From a bacterium (GTDB lineage Bacteria > Patescibacteriota > Minisyncoccia > Minisyncoccales > UBA10102), in assembly GCA_030698665.1 (NCBI GenBank), contig JAUYMI010000029.1, positions 1 to 50,301 of the forward strand: 50,301 nt of DNA, in the 5' to 3' direction. The translations under genes and the position numbers were made by a program. Positions 25,482 to 32,618 of the stretch are shown piece by piece. Positions within the stretch are counted from its first letter, which is position 1, and every line of letters begins with the position of its first letter. The notes under the pieces are model-generated. The model did no database searches. It saw only the letters and a list, made by a program, of their open reading frames with translations, and was not told the DNA's origin.

Positions 25482-25801
25482 ACCCACTTCGCATTGCTGG
25501 AGTCCTTCTCATCGTCGTAGGATTAGCGGTTATCGGTTCTACCCTCTGGTATTCGTATCTCGTCTTTACTGGCGGGACCCAGGCGCCTCAGCTCTTTGAG
25601 GTGGCAGTTCAGGAAACCGGGAGCGGAGGTTCAGGAGGTCTGGAACAGCAGATTGGCTCTGTCATAGGGGACCAGATCAACTCGGTCCTGCCTCCTGACG
25701 CCGTGTCAAGAACCCTCAATCTGGCGGCCTGGAGCTTGTTTGCGGGAGTTGCGATTTTTGCCGGGAGTCAGGTTGCTTCTGTAGGGATCAAACTGCTCTG
25801 A
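25478..25801 (+). CDS. hypothetical two-TM membrane protein
   Basis: 107 aa with ATGA overlap to the nuclease gene. A Gly/Ser-rich loop lies between the two hydrophobic helices. Confidence 0.5.
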   Translation: MNPLRIAGVLLIVVGLAVIGSTLWYSYLVFTGGTQAPQLFEVAVQETGSGGSGGLEQQIGSVIGDQINSVLPPDAVSRTLNLAAWSLFAGVAIFAGSQVASVGIKLL

Positions 25802-25803
25802 TC

Positions 25804-27048
25804 ATGAGGACGATCTGTGATTTTCATATTCACTCACAGTACGCTCGAGCAACCTCCAAGGCCATGAACCTGGAGGGATTGGACGAGTGGGCGGAGAAAA
25901 AGGGGATCTCCGTCATTTCCTCGGCCGACTTCACTCACCCTGTTTGGTTTTCAGAGCTCAAGAGCAAGCTGGAGGAGGCGGAGCCCGGACTCTACAGGCT
26001 CAGAGGGAGCACAAGGGCGACCAGGTTCATTCTCACCACGGAGATTTCCTGCATCTATTCAAAAGGAGGAGCGGTGAGAAGAATCCATCTTCTCCTCTTT
26101 GCTCCTTCTCTCGAGGCGGTCGCAAAGATCAACGCCGAACTGGGCTGGAGGGGAAACCTGAAGTCAGACGGGAGGCCGATTCTTGGCCTGGATGCTCTGG
26201 AGGTTGCCAAGATTGTTTTTGCGGCAGACGAGCGCTGTCTCGTGGTGCCGGCTCACGCCTGGACTCCATGGTTCTCGGTCTTTGGCTCAAAATCGGGCTT
26301 TAACTCGCTAGAGGAGTGCTTTGAAGACCTCACTCCGCGCATCTACGCCATTGAGACGGGTTTATCTTCCGATCCCGCAATGAACTGGCGCCTTTCCGCT
26401 TTAGACAACATAACCCTGCTCAGTAACTCGGACTCGCACTCTCTGCCCAAGATTGGGAGGGAGGCCAATGTCTTTGACCTTGACGCTCTCAGTTACGACG
26501 CGATAGTTGAGGTGATAAAGACGAGAAAGGGATTTTCGTACACGGTAGAGTTCTTTCCCGAGGAGGGCAAGTATCACTATGATGGCCACCGTCTCTGTCA
26601 CCAGCGTTTTTCTCCGGTAGAGTCCAAAGCAAGGAACAATATCTGTCCTTCATGCGGCAAGCCCCTGACTATCGGAGTGCTCAACCGCGTTGATGAGTTA
26701 GCTGACAGAAAAGAAGGGGCCCGCCCCGCGGGCGCCGTTCCCTACAAGAGTATGATTCCGTTAGGGGAGATCATAGCTGACGCGATGGGCCAGGGAACCG
26801 GAACAAAACAGGTTGTCAAAGAGTATGAGCGTCTTGTCTCGCTCTTCACCTCCGAGTTTCAGGTTCTCTTGGACATTGAGGAACAGGAGCTTAGGAAGAT
26901 TGCCCTTCCCGAGGTCGCAGAGGGCATCATGAGAGTGAGAGAAGGGAAAGTGAGGGTTGAGCCGGGGTATGATGGGGAGTATGGGGTCATACGGATTTTC
27001 GGGAAGGATGAAGACAGAACATCGGCCTCCCAGGGCGCCTTGCTGTAG
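25804..27048 (+). CDS. endonuclease Q-like PHP-domain protein with zinc ribbon
   Basis: CDFHIHSQYA, VPAHAWTPW, LLSNSDSHS, EEGKYHYDGH, CPSCGKPLTIGVLNRVDELAD and GYDGEYGVIRIF track the archaeal/bacterial EndoQ (COG1379-type) pattern as I remember it. Confidence 0.8.
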   Translation: MRTICDFHIHSQYARATSKAMNLEGLDEWAEKKGISVISSADFTHPVWFSELKSKLEEAEPGLYRLRGSTRATRFILTTEISCIYSKGGAVRRIHLLLFAPSLEAVAKINAELGWRGNLKSDGRPILGLDALEVAKIVFAADERCLVVPAHAWTPWFSVFGSKSGFNSLEECFEDLTPRIYAIETGLSSDPAMNWRLSALDNITLLSNSDSHSLPKIGREANVFDLDALSYDAIVEVIKTRKGFSYTVEFFPEEGKYHYDGHRLCHQRFSPVESKARNNICPSCGKPLTIGVLNRVDELADRKEGARPAGAVPYKSMIPLGEIIADAMGQGTGTKQVVKEYERLVSLFTSEFQVLLDIEEQELRKIALPEVAEGIMRVREGKVRVEPGYDGEYGVIRIFGKDEDRTSASQGALL

Positions 27049-27050
27049 TA

Positions 27051-27078
27051 TTGACAGGGTTTTTTGTGGCGGTATACT
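27051..27078 (+). promoter_or_regulatory. strong promoter for the greA leader
   Basis: TTGACA 27051-27056, a 16-nt spacer, TATACT 27073-27078, beginning 3 nt after the EndoQ-like stop. Confidence 0.55.
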
Positions 27079-27199
27079 GATATACCACGATGAAGATGGC
27101 AAGAAACAACAAAAGGTTCCCATCTTGGAAGTTGGTATTTATGGCCCGACCGGATTTGTTGCTTTTGTAGCCCTCCTATCTCAGTCAAGCAACGAATCT

Positions 27200-27221
27200 G
27201 GCGGATCGAATCCGCCTTTTT
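27200..27221 (+). terminator. intrinsic terminator 8 nt upstream of the greA ATG
   Basis: GGCGGAT-CGA-ATCCGCC followed by TTTTT. Confidence 0.65.
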
Positions 27222-27229
27222 CAACCCAT

Positions 27230-27718
27230 ATGAACAACGTTTCATCAACACACGGAACATACTACCTGACTCCAGAAGGCCTCAAGAAGATCAGGCAGGA
27301 GTTTGAGCGCTTGAGCGAGTTCAAGAAGACGAAGACCTCAGGCGAGGTCCCTTCGACCTGGGAATCAGAAGAGGTCAACCCGGAGTACCTCGCCTTTCAA
27401 GAGGACATCTCCATCCTAGAGGCGCGTCTTGCCGAGTACGAGATTATTTTAAAGAATGTTGAGATCATTGCTCCTCCAGTCGGAGAGAAGCGTTTTGAGG
27501 TTCACTTGGGGGCTCGGATTACGGTTGAAGTAGACAACGGAGAAGTTGACGAGTTTGAAATTGTGGGAACCCTGGAAGCAAATCCTTCCCTGGGGCGGAT
27601 TTCAAACGAATCTCCCGTTGGGGCGGCCCTCATGAATTCTAAGATTGGAGACGAAGTTGCGGTGTCTTCCCCGAAGCAGACGATATACAAAATAAAGAAG
27701 ATCGCGTACGCGGTTTAG
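27230..27718 (+). CDS. greA: transcription elongation factor GreA
   Basis: YYLTPEGLKKIRQEFERL coiled-coil N-terminus and ISNESPVGAALMNSKIGDEVAV C-domain. The upstream 91 codons of the ORF track (26957..) span a promoter and a terminator. Confidence 0.88.
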   Translation: MNNVSSTHGTYYLTPEGLKKIRQEFERLSEFKKTKTSGEVPSTWESEEVNPEYLAFQEDISILEARLAEYEIILKNVEIIAPPVGEKRFEVHLGARITVEVDNGEVDEFEIVGTLEANPSLGRISNESPVGAALMNSKIGDEVAVSSPKQTIYKIKKIAYAV

Positions 27719-27764
27719 GGACGGAGCCCTTGGTTTCTCAGGGCACGTTTCCTTGTACACATCC

Positions 27765-28328
27765 ATGATTTTGAGAGTTGGCATTATAGGTCCTACGAAT
27801 ATGGAGAAGCTGACGAGGTTGACGGGCAAGCCCGAGTCTTTTTTTGAAGAACGCGCACAACACATCGGATCCACCCTCGCGCGTTCTGGGGCTGAGTTGT
27901 GGGTGAACAGTGACAGGGGAATGTTGTACAACGTTGCCTCTTCGTACCGCGAGAATAAGGGAGTGAAGCTCGTTGTGCTGTTCCCTGCCAGCGGGCACCC
28001 GTGGCCAAACGCGCACGCTGAAGCCCACGTTGGGTATGCTGACGAAGTGATGGAGGAACCGAGTTGGTTTGAGACGAACTACAAGGTGGTATCTGAGCCC
28101 GATTTCTGTGTCTGCGTTGGACTCTCGGCCGGCACCTTGAGCGAGCTCGCGTATATCAAATGGAATTGTCAGTTCCAAAAAGGAAACCTGCGCCGTCTCT
28201 ACGTTGTACAGGAGCTTGTGCGGGGCGAGACACTGCCTCTCGAGATTGAAGAGGAGGTGGAGAGTGTACTAAAATACGTGAAGACGGCTGAGGAGTTAGA
28301 ACAGGAGATTGCGCGTGATTTTTCATGA
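27765..28328 (+). CDS. divergent LOG/SLOG (TIGR00725-like) Rossmann-fold protein
   Basis: MILRVGIIGPTN start and GLSAGTLSELAY, resembling the GGxGTxxE LOG motif. The glycine-rich loop is degenerate (NSDRGML). Confidence 0.55.
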   Translation: MILRVGIIGPTNMEKLTRLTGKPESFFEERAQHIGSTLARSGAELWVNSDRGMLYNVASSYRENKGVKLVVLFPASGHPWPNAHAEAHVGYADEVMEEPSWFETNYKVVSEPDFCVCVGLSAGTLSELAYIKWNCQFQKGNLRRLYVVQELVRGETLPLEIEEEVESVLKYVKTAEELEQEIARDFS

Positions 28329-28963
28329 AGCGCACTCTCGCATTTTTGCAGAAAGTGGGAGAGCTCAAGCATCTTCAGCGTCAGGGCGTTCTTTTGTACG
28401 GGTACAAGAATGCCGACAGCGCCTCAGATCACACACTCCGCCTCGCGATCATGGTTTGGGTGTTCGGGCAGGGCAGGAGGATGAATCTGGAGCAGGCGCT
28501 CAAGATAGCTTTGGTCCATGATTTGTGCAAAGTGTACACGGGGGACATCACGCCTTACGACGGGCTCTTTAGTAACGGGAAGGCGGCTTCGGCGAAAGAG
28601 AAGTACGACGTAGCGAAAAGGTGGCGCCGCCTCACCATCAAACAGAAAGAGAAGCGCTTTAAGGACCGTTTCCGCAAGGAGTATGCAGCGTTAAAAAAGC
28701 TGATCGGAAAGCTTCCAGAAAGGGTAAGGCGAGACATGGAGCGAGCGTGGTGTGATTATCAAAAGCTGGAAAGTCCGGAGGCGAAGTTCGTGAATCAGGT
28801 GGACCGGGCCGAGAACCTGCTGGAGGCGTTTGAGGCGTGGGAGATTGATAAAAGATTTCCTACTATGCCGTGGTGGGAACACGCAGACGAGGTTATCCAC
28901 GATAAAACGCTTCAGGAGTTTCTCCGGGAGATCGAGAAAGAAGAGCTGAGGCGTAAGAAGTAG
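28325..28963 (+). CDS. HD-domain phosphohydrolase, YfbR-like 5'-deoxynucleotidase family
   Basis: SDHTLRLAIM ... ALVHDLCKVYTGDITPYD (H...HD...D). ATGA overlap with the preceding gene. Confidence 0.78.
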   Translation: MKRTLAFLQKVGELKHLQRQGVLLYGYKNADSASDHTLRLAIMVWVFGQGRRMNLEQALKIALVHDLCKVYTGDITPYDGLFSNGKAASAKEKYDVAKRWRRLTIKQKEKRFKDRFRKEYAALKKLIGKLPERVRRDMERAWCDYQKLESPEAKFVNQVDRAENLLEAFEAWEIDKRFPTMPWWEHADEVIHDKTLQEFLREIEKEELRRKK

Positions 28964-29008
28964 TATCCCCTTTTGAAAATTCCCGGTTGGGGTATACTGT
29001 ATGGGTAT

Positions 29009-29989
29009 ATGAAACGAGGTCTTTTGTTTCTTCTCTCGCTTTTTGTGGGGGCCGTCCTCTTTGTCTGGACGGTAAAGCAGATCGGATGGCAGGCGATTTC
29101 TTCTTCGCTTTTTGAGCTTCCGATTCCCAGCCTTCTTCTTATTGTTGCAGCAACTCTCCTGATGCTGTTTTTTGGAACTTTGAGGTGGCGGGAGGTGCTG
29201 AGGAGTCAGAAAAAAGAAGTATCCATCCTTCCGCTCTTTGTCGCCTATCTCGGAGGGTTCTCGCTCTCCTTTCTTACGCCCATGGCGATTTTTGGAGGTG
29301 AGGCCTTCAGGGCGTATGCGGCGGCGGAACAGACGGACACCCCGTTTTCTCAGACGTTTGCCTCAGTTGTAGTCGAGCGAGTGCTCGAAATACTGACATA
29401 CGCCGTGGTGGTCATAGCGGGGATTACCTTCTTCTTTTTCTATGCCGGGACTCCTCCTATATTCCTCTTTTGGATCCTGGGAGTGGCCGTGTTTCTTTTG
29501 GGGGCGGTAGGCTTCCTGTTCTTTAAAGAAAAGAGCGTCCTGAGGGGACTCTTCCAGCTCAAGGGACGAAACGGGGCCCTGGATACTGAGCGCGAGGTCC
29601 TTCGCTTCTTTCGCTTTAGTAACCCGTTTCTCTGGAGCTCCCTTTTCTTTTCGGTCGGCAAGTCCTGCGCCGCCCTCCTGCGTACCTGGATGCTCATCTC
29701 TTTTCTTGGGGCGAGCCCTGGGATTCTGCAGGCACTTGGCATTACCTCCTTTTATTATGCCTCGCTCTTTATACCCATTCCGGCCTCTCTCGGTCTCCAC
29801 GAGGTCTTCCAGGCGTTTGCCTTTGGCATGATTGGGAGCTCCTCAACGGTCGGAGTTGCTTTTGCTCTCATTACCAGAATCGCCGAACTTTCCGTTGCTC
29901 TCCTGGGGCTCCTGTTCCTTGCCCACTTCGGACTCGGCATGTTGGTGCGAAAGATGGTTGTGAAGGTGGCTCGCATGTTTGAAAAATGA
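29009..29989 (+). CDS. flippase-like (UPF0104 / lysyl-PG synthase TM region-like) membrane protein
   Basis: MKRGLLFLLSLFVGAVLFVWTVKQIGWQAI N-terminus, ~8 TM. TATACT at 28993-28998 lies upstream. Confidence 0.7.
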   Translation: MKRGLLFLLSLFVGAVLFVWTVKQIGWQAISSSLFELPIPSLLLIVAATLLMLFFGTLRWREVLRSQKKEVSILPLFVAYLGGFSLSFLTPMAIFGGEAFRAYAAAEQTDTPFSQTFASVVVERVLEILTYAVVVIAGITFFFFYAGTPPIFLFWILGVAVFLLGAVGFLFFKEKSVLRGLFQLKGRNGALDTEREVLRFFRFSNPFLWSSLFFSVGKSCAALLRTWMLISFLGASPGILQALGITSFYYASLFIPIPASLGLHEVFQAFAFGMIGSSSTVGVAFALITRIAELSVALLGLLFLAHFGLGMLVRKMVVKVARMFEK

Positions 29990-30010
29990 CAATTGGGATA
30001 TAATGTAAAG

Positions 30011-30451
30011 ATGCCAAAGGAAAAATCAGTGGGAGCTGTGGTGATGACGAATATCAGGGGAGAAACACACTTTCTTCTCCTGCGCTATCCTTCCTCTATT
30101 CATGCGAAGCGGGAGTACTGGGATTTTCCCAAGGGACACGTGGAGGCGGGGGAGACGGAAGACCAAACCATGAGACGCGAAGTGCAAGAGGAGACGGGGC
30201 TTGTCTCCGTAAGCGCGCTCAAGGGATTTCGCGAGCCCATCTCGTACCACTTCCGCTCTGAAGGCAGGACGGTGTTCAAGACCGTCATCTTCTACCTCGT
30301 ACGAGCGAAGGGAAGGAGGGTCGATGTTTCCCATGAACACATTGGGTATGCCTGGGTCCCGTATGCCGATGCCTTGGCGCACCTTAAGTTTCAAAATGCA
30401 AAAACCATTCTTCAAAAAGCGCACGACTTCCTTTCAAAGAAAGGTGTATGA
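30011..30451 (+). CDS. NUDIX hydrolase
   Basis: Nudix box GHVEAGETEDQTMRREVQEETGL. The ATG lies 6 nt after TATAAT (29999-30004). Confidence 0.85.
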   Translation: MPKEKSVGAVVMTNIRGETHFLLLRYPSSIHAKREYWDFPKGHVEAGETEDQTMRREVQEETGLVSVSALKGFREPISYHFRSEGRTVFKTVIFYLVRAKGRRVDVSHEHIGYAWVPYADALAHLKFQNAKTILQKAHDFLSKKGV

Positions 30452-30677
30452 AGAGGTCAAAAAGATTCCGAGTGGACAGACGAGAACCTACAAAGAAATA
30501 GCTGACCTCATTTTACACCCCTACGCTTTCCGGGCGGTCGGCTCCGCGCTCAACAAGAATACGGATTCCGAGGTTCCTTGTCACCGCGTAGTGAGGTCTG
30601 ACGGAAAGATTGGAGGGTACCGGGGCGGGAGCGGAGAGAAGGAGCGTATCCTCAGAAAAGAGGGAGCCATACGGTAA
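30396..30677 (+). CDS. methylated-DNA--protein-cysteine methyltransferase, stand-alone C-terminal (active-site) domain
   Basis: FQRKVYEEVKKIPSGQTRTYKEIA and an intact PCHRV. The start is uncertain (ATG 30396 or GTG 30444) and the gene overlaps the Nudix 3' end. Confidence 0.8.
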   Translation: MQKPFFKKRTTSFQRKVYEEVKKIPSGQTRTYKEIADLILHPYAFRAVGSALNKNTDSEVPCHRVVRSDGKIGGYRGGSGEKERILRKEGAIR

Positions 30678-30680
30678 CCA

Positions 30681-30706
30681 AAAACTCCGGTTGATCCGGA
30701 GCTTTT
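30681..30706. terminator. bidirectional terminator between the MGMT gene and rplT
   Basis: AAAA-CTCCGG-TTGAT-CCGGAG-CTTTT. Confidence 0.65.
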
Positions 30707-30707
30707 G

Positions 30708-31055
30708 TTATTTCTTTGCTTCTTCCACGATCTTTTGAAAGACCGTTGGGCGCTCAGCAGCTATCTTGGCCAGAATCTTGCGGTCCAGCCCGATCTTGTG
30801 CTGCTTGAGCTGGGAGATGAGGCGACTGTACGATATGCCTTCGGCCCTGGAAGCTGCTCCGATGTTTGCCTGCCAAAGCTGGCGGAAGGAACGCTTCTTG
30901 GCTTTCCGGTCACGGAAGGCGTACTGCCAGGCGTGGGAGAGGGCGTCCTTGGCGAGACGGTACTTGGACTTTCTTCCCCACTTGAATCCCTTTGCGGCCT
31001 TTAAAACCTTCTTTCTCCGTTTGTGCGCGGTTGTTCCCCGTTTGACTCGTGCCAT
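30708..31055 (-). CDS. rplT: 50S ribosomal protein L20
   Basis: MARVKRGTTAHKRRKKVLKAAKGFKWGRK. Confidence 0.95.
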   Translation of the reverse strand: MARVKRGTTAHKRRKKVLKAAKGFKWGRKSKYRLAKDALSHAWQYAFRDRKAKKRSFRQLWQANIGAASRAEGISYSRLISQLKQHKIGLDRKILAKIAAERPTVFQKIVEEAKK

Positions 31056-31057
31056 GG

Positions 31058-31255
31058 TTATGCCTTCAATGCCTTTTTCATTTTCTTTGCTTCTGGTTTT
31101 GACAACTCAACCCACTTTTTTGAGAGACGATGAACTCTGCCTGACTTTTTTGAAAGGTTGTGATCCTGCCCCGAAGCTCGCCGCATCACCTTTCCTGACT
31201 TGGTGAACTTAAAGCGCTTGGAGACCGATTTTCTCGTTTTAGCCGATCTTGCCAT
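31058..31255 (-). CDS. rpmI: 50S ribosomal protein L35
   Basis: MARSAKTRKSVSKRFKFTKSGKVMRR, between infC and rplT. Confidence 0.93.
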   Translation of the reverse strand: MARSAKTRKSVSKRFKFTKSGKVMRRASGQDHNLSKKSGRVHRLSKKWVELSKPEAKKMKKALKA

Positions 31256-31764
31256 TATCCTTTGTTGATGATGATACTCAGCCCCCTGGGTTCCCGTTTG
31301 ATCTCTCCCTCAGAGGATATCTTCATCTGCTCTGTGAGGGAGTCAAGGAATCCTTTCATCTTTCCTCTCGCGTATCCCTCCAGTGCCTTTTGCCGTCCTC
31401 TGAGAGGGAGCGTGACCCGCACGCGATCTCCCTTGTCCAAGAACTGTTTTGCTCTTTGAGCCCTCGTTTCAATGTCGTGGGGGGACATGGTGTAGGTGAG
31501 GCGCACTTCCTTGAGATCTCCTCCTGGGCGCTTTTTGGTTTCACGCCCCTTTTTTTCCTGTTGGTAGAGATACTTTCCGTAGTCGCCGATCTTACATACC
31601 GGCGGAACCACTTTCTCCGTCACCTGGATAAGGTCGCGCCCTCGTTCCAGGGAGATCTTGAGGGCGTCTGAGAGCTTGAGGACGCCGAGCTGGGATCCGT
31701 CTTCGTCAATTAAGCGAACTTCGGCGGCTCGTATCTGATTGTTGATTGGAATGCGTTTATTCAA
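31255..31764 (-). CDS. infC: translation initiation factor IF-3 (non-AUG start inferred)
   Basis: INNQIRAAEVRLIDEDGSQLGV and the C-domain are present. The ORF-track ATG at 31809 lies inside the tmRNA 3' end. In-frame TTG (31762-31764) and ATT (31750-31752) follow the tmRNA CCA. Confidence 0.85.
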   Translation of the reverse strand: MNKRIPINNQIRAAEVRLIDEDGSQLGVLKLSDALKISLERGRDLIQVTEKVVPPVCKIGDYGKYLYQQEKKGRETKKRPGGDLKEVRLTYTMSPHDIETRAQRAKQFLDKGDRVRVTLPLRGRQKALEGYARGKMKGFLDSLTEQMKISSEGEIKREPRGLSIIINKG

Positions 31765-31773
31765 GACGTGCTT

Positions 31774-32122
31774 TGGTGGAGGCGGGGAGGATGAGCTCCC
31801 GTCCAGCATGAGTAGGCCTCGTGAGTCTTCAAGCGTAGTCGGGCCTGGTAAGGAACGGAGTCAAGGCCCGACGAAATCTCCATTCCTGCGGTCCCTTATG
31901 CGGCGGTGAGTCGGGACCAGATTTTCACCGTCGTTTCTCGAAACGTGACGCCTCTTTGACCTATCGAGAATCGGTCAGGAGACGGCCGTAAGCTTACGCT
32001 ACAGCTAAGGCCGGTTGTCGGCCGAATATGTTGCCAGATAATGTGGCCCCACTTGATTTGTGAGAGATCGGGGCTCTCAGCTTGCACACGCAGCTTCCCA
32101 TCCTGTCAATGCGCTCGCCCCC
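31774..32122 (-). ncRNA. ssrA: tmRNA (SsrA)
   Basis: The 5' GGGGGCG pairs with the 3' CGCCUCC-ACCA, including a G3:U70 wobble. The T arm is GGGAG/CUCCC. The internal reading frame GGC AAC ATA TTC GGC CGA CAA CCG GCC TTA GCT GTA GCG TAA gives tag GNIFGRQPALAVA. The gene is 349 nt and lies directly downstream of smpB. Confidence 0.85.
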
Positions 32123-32127
32123 GTGTC

Positions 32128-32577
32128 TTAGCGGTTCTTGAGCGCGGCTCTCATCTCTCGTTCTGCCTCACGTTTTGCGATGGTTTGGCGCTTGTCGTGT
32201 TCCTTCTTTCCCCGCGCCAAGGCGAACTCAAGCTTGATGGTGCCGTGGTCAGCACTATACACCCTCAAGGGTATCATCGTCAAGCCACGGGCCTTGCTCT
32301 TGCCCATGAGTCCTTTCATCTCCCGCTTGTGCACAAGAAGCTTCCTTGAGCGCCCTGGGTCGTAGTCAGCGGGCGTGTTCTTTGGCTGATATGCAGGAAT
32401 CGTGGCTCCCACGAGCCAGAGCTCTCCCCGTGTGGGCACAACATAGGAGCCGGCCAGCTGGAATCTTCCCATTCTGACCGATTTTACCTCGTGGCCCAGC
32501 AAAACGATGCCCGCCTGCATGCGTTCTAATATCTCGTATCCGTATGCCCCTCTTTTATTTTCAGCAAAAATCTTCAT
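32128..32577 (-). CDS. smpB: SsrA-binding protein SmpB
   Basis: 149 aa (ENKRGAYGYEILERMQAGIVLLGHEVKS, GRSRKLLVHKREM, basic C-tail). Confidence 0.92.
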   Translation of the reverse strand: MKIFAENKRGAYGYEILERMQAGIVLLGHEVKSVRMGRFQLAGSYVVPTRGELWLVGATIPAYQPKNTPADYDPGRSRKLLVHKREMKGLMGKSKARGLTMIPLRVYSADHGTIKLEFALARGKKEHDKRQTIAKREAEREMRAALKNR

Positions 32578-32618
32578 TGTTCCATTGTAGGGTCAAATAC
32601 GATAAACTGAAAGGGAAT

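Noticed and set aside
27190-27221. tRNA-like T arm GGCGGATCGAATCCGCC
   Set aside because: No acceptor, D or anticodon arms can be drawn around it. A hairpin followed by T5 fits an intrinsic terminator.
26957-27229. 91-codon N-terminal extension of greA in the ORF track
   Set aside because: The extension overlaps the EndoQ-like gene end and contains a consensus promoter and an intrinsic terminator. GreA homology starts at the ATG at 27230.
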